64,000 bases of DNA from Thermoanaerobaculia bacterium (GCA_044868005.1 JBIOVX010000237.1:3852-67851); one strand, 5' to 3'; shown: positions 25,279 to 34,287, counted from the stretch's first letter. Made by a program: numbers and translations. The notes: generated by a model not told the origin, from the letters alone.

Positions 25279-25397
25279 CGTGGCTCGCTTCGTGCAATGA
25301 ATCAATTTGGCTTCACATTAGAGTTCCGGCCCTCTCTCGCGGCAGGTGTTGCGCGCCAGAGCCCTCCGAGAACTAACACCTACTGGAAGGATCGCTC

Positions 25398-25844
25398 ATG
25401 AAACGACAAATGATTCTGGGTCTCTCGGCCCTCTTACTCTCCCTGATCGCGGTGGCTCCGGCCGCCGGCGACGTGGGCAAGACGACGATCTGCCGGATGG
25501 ACTACACGCTCAAGGGTTGGTCGGCTTTTTACAAGACGTCGCGCGGATCGGGAACGATCACCTGTGACAACGGTCAGACGGCGAGAGCGAAGATCTCCGC
25601 CAAGGGTGGCGGCCTGACGGCCGGCAAGTCCGAGATCCGCGACGGTCACGGCCAGTTCTCCGAGGTCGCCGACATCAAGGAGCTGTTCGGCAGCTACGCC
25701 ACCGCCACCGCCGCCGCGGGCGCCGTCAAGTCTGCCGAGGCGCAGGCCCTCACCAAGGGAGACGTCTCCCTGGCCCTGGCCGGCAACGGGACGGGTATGG
25801 AGCTCGGCGTGAGCTTCGGCAAGTTCAAGATCACCAGACGGTGA
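25398..25844 (+). CDS. Small secreted protein, unknown function
   Basis: ORF 25398..25844 with GGAAGGA upstream. Signal peptide MKRQMILGLSALLLSLIAVAPAAG. Gly/Ala-rich beta-like mature region. Family not recognised. Confidence 0.7.
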   Translation: MKRQMILGLSALLLSLIAVAPAAGDVGKTTICRMDYTLKGWSAFYKTSRGSGTITCDNGQTARAKISAKGGGLTAGKSEIRDGHGQFSEVADIKELFGSYATATAAAGAVKSAEAQALTKGDVSLALAGNGTGMELGVSFGKFKITRR

Positions 25845-25986
25845 TCCCCTCGGCCGGCCGCCGCGCCTGCACGAGCGGCGGCCGTGACGCGAGCTTGAAG
25901 TCCCCGGACCGGAGGGCGGAACCGCCAGCCGGCCGGGGTTTTCGGTTGATAGAGTCCGAGTCCGTCACACCCGTGAGGAAGGTCTG

Positions 25987-27696
25987 GTGAGGAAGTCGCC
26001 GGAACCGCCAGGAAAGACGAACGGCCGCAGCGGTGAAGTTACCGCGCTGCTGGCGGCGGCGCGCGCGGTGCTGGAGGACGGCGCCTTCGCCGACGCGGCG
26101 CGAGTGGTCCTGGGGGCATGCAAGACGATACTCGGCGCCGACGCCGGCCTCGTCGCCGTGCGCGCGGCGGACGGCAAGGGCCTCGAAGTCGCCCTCCTCG
26201 ATCCCGGCAGCCTCGAGCTCGGCTCCGCCGCCGGCTTGCCCGCGCCGCTCCGCCGCCTGAGCGCCCGCGCCTCCAAGGGCCGCCCCGTCTTCGCCAACGG
26301 CCTGTCGAAACGCACGGCGAAGAAGGCCCCTGCCGGCCGCCGCTCGGTCCCGGAGAGCGCGCTGCTCGCACCGATCATCATCGCCGGCGACGTGGCAGGG
26401 CTCCTCGGCCTGATCGACAGGCCCGGGGGCTTCTCTGCGGCCGACTGCGAGCTCGCCGAGGCCTCTGCCGAGATGATCGCCGTGGCGATGCTCAGGGACG
26501 AGGCCGAGCAGCGCGCCCGGCACGTCGCCGACGCCCTGCGCGAAGCGACCGTGGCGCTCACCCGCAGCCTCGACCGCGAGACCGTGTTGACGACCCTGCT
26601 CGACCGGCTGCGGCGGATGGTCCCTTTCGACCGCGCCAGCGTCATGCTCGTCGAGGAGGCGTCGCGGGTTTCCATCCGCGCCGTCTTCGACGGCGACCGC
26701 GTCGTTCCCCTGACGCCGGAGGTGCGGCCGGAGTTCGATCCCTCCGATCATCCGATCGTCCACGGCATCTTGACGACCGGCACGGCGGTTCTGATTCCCG
26801 ACCTCCGCGCCCATCCCGAGTGGAGCCTGCCGACGGATCGCTCGTCCGAAGCGAGCTGGATGGGGGTTCCGCTGTTCGCGCGTGGCGAAGTGGCCGGCTT
26901 GTTCTCGCTGTCCAAGCGCGAGCCCGGCTACTTCAACGACGAGCACGTAAGGCTGGCCGAGGCGATGTCGTCCCAGGCTTCGGTGGCCGTGGAGAACGCG
27001 GTTCTCTTCGAGCAGATGCAGGCCTCGACGGTGCGCATGCAGGCGCTCTCGCGCCGGCTCGTCGAAGTGCAGGAAAGCGAGCGGCGCCACATTGCCCGCG
27101 AGCTTCACGACGAGGCGGGCCAGGCCCTGGTATCGCTGCGCTACGGACTCCGCTTGCTGGAGAGGGAGATCGGCGAGGGCGGCAGCGTTACCGAACGTGT
27201 GGCGGAGCTCGTGCAGAGGACCGATACCGTCATCGACAGCCTGCACCGTCTGGCCGCGGACCTGCGGCCGGTGAGCCTCGATCATCTGGGGCTCGAGGCG
27301 GCCCTCCGCCAGTACTCGCGGTCGGCGGGGTCCGAGCTCGGCCTCGCGGTCCGCTTCAAGTCGCGCGGGTTCACCGGCGCGCGTCTCCCGGCGGTGGTGG
27401 AGACGGATCTCTACCGCGTGGTCCAGGAGGCGATGACCAACGTCGTGCGCCACGCCCGCGCCACCCGGGTCGACGTGTTGGTGGAGCATCGCGGCGACCG
27501 GGTCATGGTGATGGTCGAGGACGACGGCGTCGGGTTCGCACCGGACCAGGTCCAGCGCGGGGATCACTTCGGTCTCCTGGGCATCAGGGAGCGAGCCGAG
27601 GCTCTGGGCGGCACCCTGACGCTGGAAAGCGCGCCCGGGGCAGGGACCACGGTCGTGGTGGAGGTGCCGAGTGCCGATCCGCATCCTGATCGCTGA
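25987..27696 (+). CDS. GAF-domain sensor histidine kinase (NarL-class, HisKA_3 type)
   Basis: ORF 25987..27696 (GTG start, GAGGAAGG upstream). Two GAF-like regions. Dimerisation/phosphoacceptor box SERRHIARELHDEAGQAL. HATPase_c (VQEAMTNVVRHA, DDGVGF, GLLGIRERAEALGG). Confidence 0.9.
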   Translation: MRKSPEPPGKTNGRSGEVTALLAAARAVLEDGAFADAARVVLGACKTILGADAGLVAVRAADGKGLEVALLDPGSLELGSAAGLPAPLRRLSARASKGRPVFANGLSKRTAKKAPAGRRSVPESALLAPIIIAGDVAGLLGLIDRPGGFSAADCELAEASAEMIAVAMLRDEAEQRARHVADALREATVALTRSLDRETVLTTLLDRLRRMVPFDRASVMLVEEASRVSIRAVFDGDRVVPLTPEVRPEFDPSDHPIVHGILTTGTAVLIPDLRAHPEWSLPTDRSSEASWMGVPLFARGEVAGLFSLSKREPGYFNDEHVRLAEAMSSQASVAVENAVLFEQMQASTVRMQALSRRLVEVQESERRHIARELHDEAGQALVSLRYGLRLLEREIGEGGSVTERVAELVQRTDTVIDSLHRLAADLRPVSLDHLGLEAALRQYSRSAGSELGLAVRFKSRGFTGARLPAVVETDLYRVVQEAMTNVVRHARATRVDVLVEHRGDRVMVMVEDDGVGFAPDQVQRGDHFGLLGIRERAEALGGTLTLESAPGAGTTVVVEVPSADPHPDR

Positions 27697-28309
27697 CGAC
27701 CATGCCGTCGTCCGGTCCGGTCTCCGGGCCCTGCTCCGCGCCGATCCCGAGCTCGAGGTTGTCGGCGAGGCGGAAGATGGTGTGGAGACGCTGCGCCTCG
27801 CCGAGACGCTGCACCCCGACACGGTCCTGCTCGACATCACCATGCCCCCCGAGAACGGCATCGAGACGGCGAAGCGGCTGAAGGAAAAGCACCCGGAGCT
27901 CATCGTGCTGTTCCTCACCATGCACGAGGACGAGAGCCTGCTGCACGAAGCGCTGCGCGCCGGCGCCTCCGGCTACGTGATCAAGCGGGCCGAGGAGTCC
28001 GAGATCATCCAGGCGATCCACGCGGCGAGCCGCGGCGACATCTACGTGCATCCCGCGATGACCCGTGCGCTCCTTCACCAGCCCGTCACGACGGAGCACC
28101 GGCGCGGGTCGCCGGTGGATGCGCTGACCCCCCGCGAGCTCGACGTCCTGCGCCTGCTCGCCAAGGGCAACACCAACCGGCAGATCGCCAGCCTGCTCGG
28201 CCTCTCGGTGCGCACCGTCGAGAACCACCGCGCCAACCTGATGGGCAAGCTCGGGCTGGTCAGCCGGGTCGAGCTGGTGAACTACGCCGAGGAGCACAAC
28301 CTGCTCTGA
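27671..28309 (+). CDS. NarL/LuxR-family response regulator
   Basis: ORF 27671..28309 (GTG), overlapping the kinase stop by 26 nt. Receiver (IRILIADDHAVVRSGL, DTVLLDITMP) and a LuxR HTH (LTPRELDVLRLLAKGNTNRQIASLLGLSVRTVENHR). Confidence 0.9.
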   Translation: MPIRILIADDHAVVRSGLRALLRADPELEVVGEAEDGVETLRLAETLHPDTVLLDITMPPENGIETAKRLKEKHPELIVLFLTMHEDESLLHEALRAGASGYVIKRAEESEIIQAIHAASRGDIYVHPAMTRALLHQPVTTEHRRGSPVDALTPRELDVLRLLAKGNTNRQIASLLGLSVRTVENHRANLMGKLGLVSRVELVNYAEEHNLL

Positions 28310-28363
28310 ATACACGGAGAGTCGAGTATGATTTCTACGCAACCCCCGAAGGGAGGATCCAAA

Positions 28364-29188
28364 ATGAAGCGAACGCACTTCGGTCTCCTGGGCGTATTCG
28401 GCGGATTCGCAGCGCTTCTCTACGGCCCTTTCCCGGCGGTAGCCCAGACAGCACCGCCACTGGGCGTGGCGCAGCAGTTTTCGGTCTTGGGCAACTCGGG
28501 AGTGACTGGCTCCACCGGCGTGGGCACCGTGGTCGCTGGAGACGTCGGTTCTTCTCCAACTGCCTCGATCTCGAACTTTCCACCTTCGAGCGTGACTCCT
28601 CCGTTCACCCTGCACCTCACGAATGACTTGATCGTGCAGCAGGCTCATACCGATGCCATCGCCGCCTACACCTTTCTCGCCGCTCAGGGGCCCGGCACGG
28701 TGCTCGCCGCGCAACTGGACGGAGCCGTGCTCACCTCAGGCATCTATTCCTTCGCGGGAGGAGCGGCCGATCTGGCGGCCCTCGGAACCCTGACTCTCAA
28801 CGGTCCAGGGGTCTTCGTTTTCCAGGTGGACAGCGCGCTCACCGCCAACGTCGGCTCGAATGTCATTGGTACGGCTGACCCTTGCAACGTGTTCTGGCGG
28901 GTTGGCACTTCCGCTACCCTCAATGGAATCAGCTTTCGTGGCAACGTCATCGCGGATGCAAGCATCACCGTGGGGTCCGGTTCCAACGTAACCGGTAGGG
29001 CCCTAGCAGGCACAGGTCCGACGGGTGCGGTGACGATGGCGGGCGCCGGCGGCAACACGATCGGGGGCTGCGCCTCCGCCGCGGCTGCGCCCGTTCTCAT
29101 TCCGGCGCTCGATCTGGCCGGAATGGCGATTCTCATCGTCCTGCTCGCCGGAGCCGGCCTGTTTGTTGTGCACAGGCTCTCCGTCTAG
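28364..29188 (+). CDS. DUF3494 (ice-binding-like) secreted protein with IPTL-CTERM-like sorting tail
   Basis: ORF 28328..29188. ATG 28364 (MKRTHFG) has GGGAGGA upstream. Signal peptide, then APPLGVAQQFSVLGNSGVTGSTG...VAGDVGSSP, typical of DUF3494. The C-terminus IPALDLAGMAILIVLLAGAGLFVVHRLSV has motif + TM + basic tail. Confidence 0.8.
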   Translation: MKRTHFGLLGVFGGFAALLYGPFPAVAQTAPPLGVAQQFSVLGNSGVTGSTGVGTVVAGDVGSSPTASISNFPPSSVTPPFTLHLTNDLIVQQAHTDAIAAYTFLAAQGPGTVLAAQLDGAVLTSGIYSFAGGAADLAALGTLTLNGPGVFVFQVDSALTANVGSNVIGTADPCNVFWRVGTSATLNGISFRGNVIADASITVGSGSNVTGRALAGTGPTGAVTMAGAGGNTIGGCASAAAAPVLIPALDLAGMAILIVLLAGAGLFVVHRLSV

Positions 29189-29200
29189 CGAGAAGCCAGC

Positions 29201-29228
29201 GGCCCGCCCGGGTTGCCCCGAGCGGGCC
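29201..29228. terminator. Possible bidirectional hairpin between convergent genes
   Basis: GGCCCGC (29201..29207) and GCGGGCC (29222..29228) with a 14-nt loop, between the stops at 29188 (+) and 29259 (-). No clear U-tract. Confidence 0.35.
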
Positions 29229-29258
29229 CTATATCCTGCACGCCCTCGCAAGGAAGAC

Positions 29259-29813
29259 TCAAGCCTTGTGAACGGCGAGAACCTTGGTCACGCCTGTGAC
29301 GTATTTGATGGCCTCGGCCGCCTTTGCGCGTCGCGCGGCGGTGAAATCTGAGCCGAACCTGAGCGTCACCACGCCGTTGGCGGCCTCGGTACCGATCTTG
29401 AATCCGTCCTCGCCCATCTTTCTGACCAACGCAAGACGGACCCGCGTCGCGAGGACGGCATCCTTCACCTCGGCCTCGGCTTCACCGGCTGCAACACCCG
29501 CCTTGTCGGGATTCTCCACGCTGGCTTCGAGGAGGATGTCGTTCTGCACGCTGGCCACGCCGTCGACCGACTTGGCGATCGTCCCGGCGAGCTCGCGGGT
29601 CTCGCGCTTGTCGACCGTACCTTTGAGCATCAGGGCTCCGGCGTTGGAATCGACGTCCACGTGCAAGCCGTCGGTGCCCAGTTTGTTGAGCAGAGCGAGC
29701 TTGACGTTCAGCGCAGTGGTCCAATCCGCCTGGTTGTCCGCGGCGTTCGCCGCGGTGCCACCGATCAGCACCGCGCCGATCAAAACTGCCTTTAGAAGCG
29801 TCTTCATTTTCAT
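29259..29813 (-). CDS. BON-domain (OsmY-like) periplasmic protein
   Basis: ORF 29259..29813 (-). Signal peptide MKMKTLLKAVLIGAVLIGGTAANA and two BON-like repeats (VKLALLNKLGTDGLHVDVDSNAGALMLKGTV; RVRLALVRKMGEDGFKIGTEAANGVVTLRF). Confidence 0.9.
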   Translation of the reverse strand: MKMKTLLKAVLIGAVLIGGTAANAADNQADWTTALNVKLALLNKLGTDGLHVDVDSNAGALMLKGTVDKRETRELAGTIAKSVDGVASVQNDILLEASVENPDKAGVAAGEAEAEVKDAVLATRVRLALVRKMGEDGFKIGTEAANGVVTLRFGSDFTAARRAKAAEAIKYVTGVTKVLAVHKA

Positions 29814-30013
29814 GAGCTACCGTCCTTTCAGGAACGGTCTCCAATTTAGCCCTTTGATCTCCGAACGGTAAGAGCACTTACTACCCGGGAGCACCCGCCG
29901 CAAAGCGGGTAGAAACTACGGGCGCCGGCATCCCGAGTCCCGCGTAGTAAGTGCTCTTCCCGGCGAGGGATCAAAGGACTAGGTTGAGGACGTTGGTGAA
30001 AGGACGGTACCGC
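29814..30013. promoter_or_regulatory. Divergent control region built from two inverted ~70-nt homologous leader copies
   Basis: Read 5'->3' toward each gene, the arm 29884..29814 (reverse strand) and the arm 29944..30013 (plus strand) are alignable end to end (71 vs 70 nt). Both run GTAGTAAGTGCTCTT-N-CC..GGATCAAAGG.CTA..TTG.AG.AC.GTT..TGAAAGGACGGTA.C..ATG. Confidence 0.7.
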
Positions 30014-30286
30014 ATGAGACGAACTGCAATGTTGGCCCTGCTGGCGGCAATCGTCGCCGGCGCGGCTTATGGCCAGGCTGACCGCTATGGCGGTCCGCCC
30101 GGCGCCCGCGACCCGAACGACGCCTACTGGCCCCAGCCGGACGCTTCCTACGATCGTCAGCCGGACTATGTCTACGACCGCGACGGGGCTCTAGGCATCG
30201 ACGTCGGCTTCTTCTACGGCTGGACGTTGTTCGAAACGCAGTCCACGGCCGTCAGGCCGCCCATGGTGGCGCCGCGACCGTTCTGA
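30014..30286 (+). CDS. Small secreted protein, unknown function
   Basis: Within ORF 29951..30286. ATG 30014 (MRRTAMLALLAAIVAGAAYGQ) has AAGGACGG upstream and a signal peptide. It shares its leader sequence with the BON gene. Confidence 0.55.
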   Translation: MRRTAMLALLAAIVAGAAYGQADRYGGPPGARDPNDAYWPQPDASYDRQPDYVYDRDGALGIDVGFFYGWTLFETQSTAVRPPMVAPRPF

Positions 30287-30322
30287 TTCGGTTCACCAGC
30301 GGGCCGGGCTGTCGACGCCCGT

Positions 30323-31153
30323 CTACCGGCTCGGGATCGCCAGGTACTGCCCCGCCTTCACGCGGGAGGAGCGCAAGCCGTTGGCCTGCTTGAGACGGCT
30401 GACGCTCACGCCGTTGCGCCGGGCGAGGTCCCAGAGGGTGTCGCCGCGCCCGACGCGCACCTTCCGGCTGCGGCTCGAGGCGAGGACGGTCTTGCTCTTG
30501 CTCGACCGGCTGCTCGTCGCCCTGGTGATCTGGATGGTCTGCTCCTTGCCGATGTACCGCATGTAGGGATCGGGATAGAGCGTGACGTGGTAGTGCGGCG
30601 GATGCTGCTCGCGCGTGGCCTCCAGGACCTGCCGGCCCTCGAGGTACAGCAGCGTCTCTTCCAGCCATCGCCGGCAGGAGGCGCGGGAGCTGCGCCGCAG
30701 GTCCGCCGCCATTCCCGTGGGATGGACCGAGAGATGCGAGGCGTTCGCCGGCTGGCGCGAGATCGGACGGGTGAGGCTGGTGACGACCAGGCGCTCGCCG
30801 CAGGCGCTGTGGTACTGGTCTCCCAGCCGCTCGACGAACACCTTGACCTCGGGCCGCGCGTAGGGGAAGGAGACGGAACCTTTGGAGCCGGAGGCCAGCG
30901 CGTAGTCCGAGTTGCCGAGCAGGCGCACCAGCAGGCCGCGCTCGGCGAACTCCTGGACGCCCGAGGACGTGCGCAGATACGTGAAGTCGTGCTCGCGCGC
31001 CGCTTCGTTCTGGCGCAGCAGCGAGGAGCGCGAGCCCTTGAGGCTCTGGGCGTTGAGGATCGGTGTGGCCGCTAGGACCAGGATGAGGAACGGGACCGCG
31101 AGGCGGCGACGGCGAGCAGCAGCGTCTCTTTGCATGGGCGTGAGATACTCCAT
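30323..31153 (-). CDS. LysM-domain protein with M15/VanY-like (DUF5715-type) N-terminal domain
   Basis: ORF 30323..31153 (-). C-terminal LysM (VRVGRGDTLWDLARRNGVSVSRLKQANGLRSSRVKAGQYLAIP). Central LVVTSLTRPISRQPANASHLSVHPTGMAADL resembles peptidoglycan-peptidase-fold proteins. An N-terminal TM/signal is present. Alternative start ATG 31135. Confidence 0.7.
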   Translation of the reverse strand: MEYLTPMQRDAAARRRRLAVPFLILVLAATPILNAQSLKGSRSSLLRQNEAAREHDFTYLRTSSGVQEFAERGLLVRLLGNSDYALASGSKGSVSFPYARPEVKVFVERLGDQYHSACGERLVVTSLTRPISRQPANASHLSVHPTGMAADLRRSSRASCRRWLEETLLYLEGRQVLEATREQHPPHYHVTLYPDPYMRYIGKEQTIQITRATSSRSSKSKTVLASSRSRKVRVGRGDTLWDLARRNGVSVSRLKQANGLRSSRVKAGQYLAIPSR

Positions 31154-31266
31154 TCCAGTTGTGGCCCCATGCGCCTACGGCGCGTCAATGTAAGGTAATC
31201 GCCATTCCGGCCCGGAGAGGGTAGCATAATTTTCCTCGATTTCAAGCCCCTTTACGCCCTTTTTTC

Positions 31267-32856
31267 TCAAATCCCCTGCAGCCGCCATCTTCGCCCCGCC
31301 ACCGCGGCCGCGGCGAGCAGCGCGGTGACGGCGAGATACACCAGCGGCATGCCCTGCGCGAGGCCGGCCTCCGTCGATCCCAGGTAGTCCATGGCCGGCA
31401 CGTGGTTCATCGGCCCGATGTACCAGACCACGAGGTAGAGGATCTCGAACAGCTTGCTCGTGCCGCTCCAGACGCCCAGCGCCAGCGCGAAAGTCGGGAT
31501 GAACAGCGCGCCGACCAGCCAGGCGCCGACGCCGGCCAAGTCGCCCTTGACCAGGAAGTGGAGCGCCGCGCCGGAGCCGGTGAGCATGGCGAGGACCACT
31601 CCCGCCGCCCACGTCGCCGGGAGCTGGCGCAGCAGCGGGCGCGGCGCCGAGAAGAGGAGGCCGCCGGTGTCGAAGCGCGACTCCCGCGTGCCCAGCGGCG
31701 ACCAGACCAGGATGGGCCAGATCCAGGCGAGCGGCAGGGCGATCTGCTTGACGGCGGGGAGCGGCGCCGCGAGGGTGGCGATGAACGTCCCGGCCGCTCC
31801 CGCCCACCACCACCAGCGCAGGCCCTTGAGCGCCAGCCTGAGCTCGGCGGCGAGCACGGCGACGAAGCGGAAGCGCATCGCTCCCGCCGGCACCGGCGTC
31901 AGGGTGGCGTGCGGCAGGGGAGCCGCCGGCGGCGCGGCCTCGACCGCTCCGCCGTTGGCGCCGCGGACCGCCTGCCGCCGCCGCCCGCCGCGCGATGGAT
32001 CGAAACGGTCGAAGAGGAGCGCGGCGGCGAAGATCAGGCCGACCGCCACGAGAACCCAGGCGGCGCGGCCGGTCAAGGTGGCGGCCGTCCAGTCCATGCC
32101 CTCCCAGACGAACCGGCCAGCCTTGTCGCTGTGGTCGATGCCGCCCAGGACGAAGCCCTTCGGCTCCTGGCCGTAGGTGTGGCGGAAGGCGGCGGTCATG
32201 CTCCGGAAGACGGGTCCGAGCCCGAAGGCGTCCTGAACGGCGCTATGGCCGGTCTTGTCCGGAATGCCGATGGCCATCACCCCCGTCCAGGCGAAGAACC
32301 ACACGACGTTGCCGAAGCCGCGGCGCAGGAACGGCACGGTCTCGAAGAGCACCGCCGCCGCGGAGACCAGGGCCATCACCGGCAGCGAGAGGAAGAGGAA
32401 CGGCAGCAGGAGTTTTCCAAGCCGCAAGTGCGAGTCCTCGGCCGCCGTGAGCTGGATCACCACCGCCGCCGCCGCCAGCACGGCCACCATCGCCGCCAGC
32501 ACCGCGAAGTTGCTCGCCGCCTTGCCCGCGGCGTAGAGCGGCTTCGTCATCGGCGTCGTGGCCAGGATCTGACCCACGCCCGTCTGGCGGTCGCGGTCCA
32601 CCGAGCCCTTGACGACATAGAAGCCGGCCAGGGAGAGGAACGTGTTGATCACCATCGCCATGGTGGTGCCGATCCAGGCGGAGTTGAAGACGCCGCGCGC
32701 GTCGCCCACCCAGATGCCGAGCTTGCCGGTGCCCACGAGCCAGCCGAGCCACACGGTGGCCGCCAGGGTCACCAGGAAGCTGTAGCGCCGCAGCCGCTCC
32801 AGGAAGTCGGCGCGCATCAAATGCCAGAACGCCTGTCCCCGAGGGAAAGGATTCAT
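31267..32856 (-). CDS. ABC transporter permease-like polytopic membrane protein
   Basis: ORF 31267..33075 (-). Start trimmed to ATG 32856 (MNPFPRGQAFWHLMRADFLERL), which overlaps the upstream ATPase stop as ATGA. At least 10 hydrophobic helices. Confidence 0.7.
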   Translation of the reverse strand: MNPFPRGQAFWHLMRADFLERLRRYSFLVTLAATVWLGWLVGTGKLGIWVGDARGVFNSAWIGTTMAMVINTFLSLAGFYVVKGSVDRDRQTGVGQILATTPMTKPLYAAGKAASNFAVLAAMVAVLAAAAVVIQLTAAEDSHLRLGKLLLPFLFLSLPVMALVSAAAVLFETVPFLRRGFGNVVWFFAWTGVMAIGIPDKTGHSAVQDAFGLGPVFRSMTAAFRHTYGQEPKGFVLGGIDHSDKAGRFVWEGMDWTAATLTGRAAWVLVAVGLIFAAALLFDRFDPSRGGRRRQAVRGANGGAVEAAPPAAPLPHATLTPVPAGAMRFRFVAVLAAELRLALKGLRWWWWAGAAGTFIATLAAPLPAVKQIALPLAWIWPILVWSPLGTRESRFDTGGLLFSAPRPLLRQLPATWAAGVVLAMLTGSGAALHFLVKGDLAGVGAWLVGALFIPTFALALGVWSGTSKLFEILYLVVWYIGPMNHVPAMDYLGSTEAGLAQGMPLVYLAVTALLAAAAVAGRRWRLQGI

Positions 32857-33761
32857 CACGCCACCTCGCGGATGGCCGGCGTTGCGGCCGGAACGCGGCT
32901 GCCTTCGAGCACGGCGAGATAGGCGTCCTCGAGCGTCGGCGCGAGCGGCGTGGCCGCGGGGTCCGGCGGCACCGCCGAGACCACCCGCGCGTGCACGCCG
33001 TCGCTCCGGCGCACCGTGTTGCCGATCTTCCAATTCTCCCGCGCCGCCGGCAAGTCGGCGCTGGGCAGCACCCACTCCCAGACCGTTCCTTCGACGCCCG
33101 CGAGCAGCGCCTCGGGCTCGGCGTGGGTGAGCAGCCGGCCGCGGTCCAGGATCGCGATCTCGTTCGCCGCGGCCTCGACGTCCGACACGATGTGGGTGGA
33201 GAGGATGACGATGCGCTCGCCTCCCAGCTCCGAGAGGAGGTTGCGGAACCGCACGCGCTCCTCGGGATCGAGCCCCACCGTCGGCTCGTCCACGATCAGC
33301 AGCTTGGGATCGTTGAGCAGCGCTTGGGCGATGCCGATGCGCTGCTTCATGCCTCCCGAGTAGCCGCCGAGCGGGCGTTTGCGCGCCTCGGTGAGGTTGA
33401 CCAGCACGAGCAGCTCGTCGATTCGCCGCCGCGCGGCGCCGCCCGGCAGGCCTTTGACCGCCGCGAGGTACTCCAGGAACTCGACCGCCGTCAGGTTCGG
33501 ATAGACGCCGAAGTCCTGCGGCAGGTAACCGAGCACCGAGCGCAGACTGTCCGGCGCCTTGGCGATGTCCTCGCCGTTCCAGCGCACGGTGCCTTCGGTC
33601 GGTTTCGTGATCGTCGCGAGGATCCGCATCAGCGTGGACTTCCCCGCGCCGTTCGGGCCGAGCAGGCCGAGCACGCCGGGGCCCAGCTCGAGCGTGAAAT
33701 CGCGCAGGCCCCAGAAATCCCCTTTGTACCGCTTTCCCACTCCCTCGATCGTGAGCTTCAT
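32856..33761 (-). CDS. ABC transporter ATP-binding protein
   Basis: ORF 32856..33860 (-). Start trimmed to ATG 33761 (MKLTIEGVGKRY, GAGGAGG upstream). Walker A GPNGAGKST, signature YSGGMKQR, Walker B LLIVDEPT. Confidence 0.9.
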   Translation of the reverse strand: MKLTIEGVGKRYKGDFWGLRDFTLELGPGVLGLLGPNGAGKSTLMRILATITKPTEGTVRWNGEDIAKAPDSLRSVLGYLPQDFGVYPNLTAVEFLEYLAAVKGLPGGAARRRIDELLVLVNLTEARKRPLGGYSGGMKQRIGIAQALLNDPKLLIVDEPTVGLDPEERVRFRNLLSELGGERIVILSTHIVSDVEAAANEIAILDRGRLLTHAEPEALLAGVEGTVWEWVLPSADLPAARENWKIGNTVRRSDGVHARVVSAVPPDPAATPLAPTLEDAYLAVLEGSRVPAATPAIREVA

Positions 33762-33852
33762 GGCAAGGCCTCCTCGTCCAGGGACTTTACGCGAGGGAGC
33801 GATGGAAGTTACATTCCTGGGAGCGCCAGCGTCCTCGCCGGCTCTTTCTCCC

Positions 33853-34287
33853 ATGTTCAAAGTCCACCACCTCGATCACGTCGAGCTCTTCGTGCCGGAC
33901 CGCCGCGCGGCCGCCGGATGGTATGAGCGGACGCTGGGCCTCGCCGTCGTGCCGGAGTACGAGCACTGGGCGGAGGACCCGCGTGGCCCGCTGATGATCT
34001 CCAGCGACGGCGGCGGCACCAAGCTGGCTCTCTTCACCGGCGAGCCGCGCGGCGCCCGGCCCACCGCGGGCTTTCACCTCGTGGCGTTCCGTGTGGACGG
34101 ACCTGGATTCCTGAGCTTTCTAGACCACGTCGAGAACGCGCCGGTCTTCGACGAGGCGGGCGAGGAAACGCGGACGCTGCAGCCGCGCGATCACGGCCAG
34201 GCCTTCTCGGTCTACTTCTGCGACCCTCATGGACACCGCCTGGAGGTGACGACGTACGACGCGACGTACGTGCGCGAGAGACTGTAG
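33853..34287 (+). CDS. VOC (glyoxalase/bleomycin-resistance/dioxygenase) family protein
   Basis: Within ORF 33559..34287. ATG 33853 (MFKVHHLDHVELFVPDRRAAAGWYERTLGL) is a typical VOC N-terminus. HLVAFRV and YFCDPHGHRLEV lie in the second half. Confidence 0.85.
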   Translation: MFKVHHLDHVELFVPDRRAAAGWYERTLGLAVVPEYEHWAEDPRGPLMISSDGGGTKLALFTGEPRGARPTAGFHLVAFRVDGPGFLSFLDHVENAPVFDEAGEETRTLQPRDHGQAFSVYFCDPHGHRLEVTTYDATYVRERL

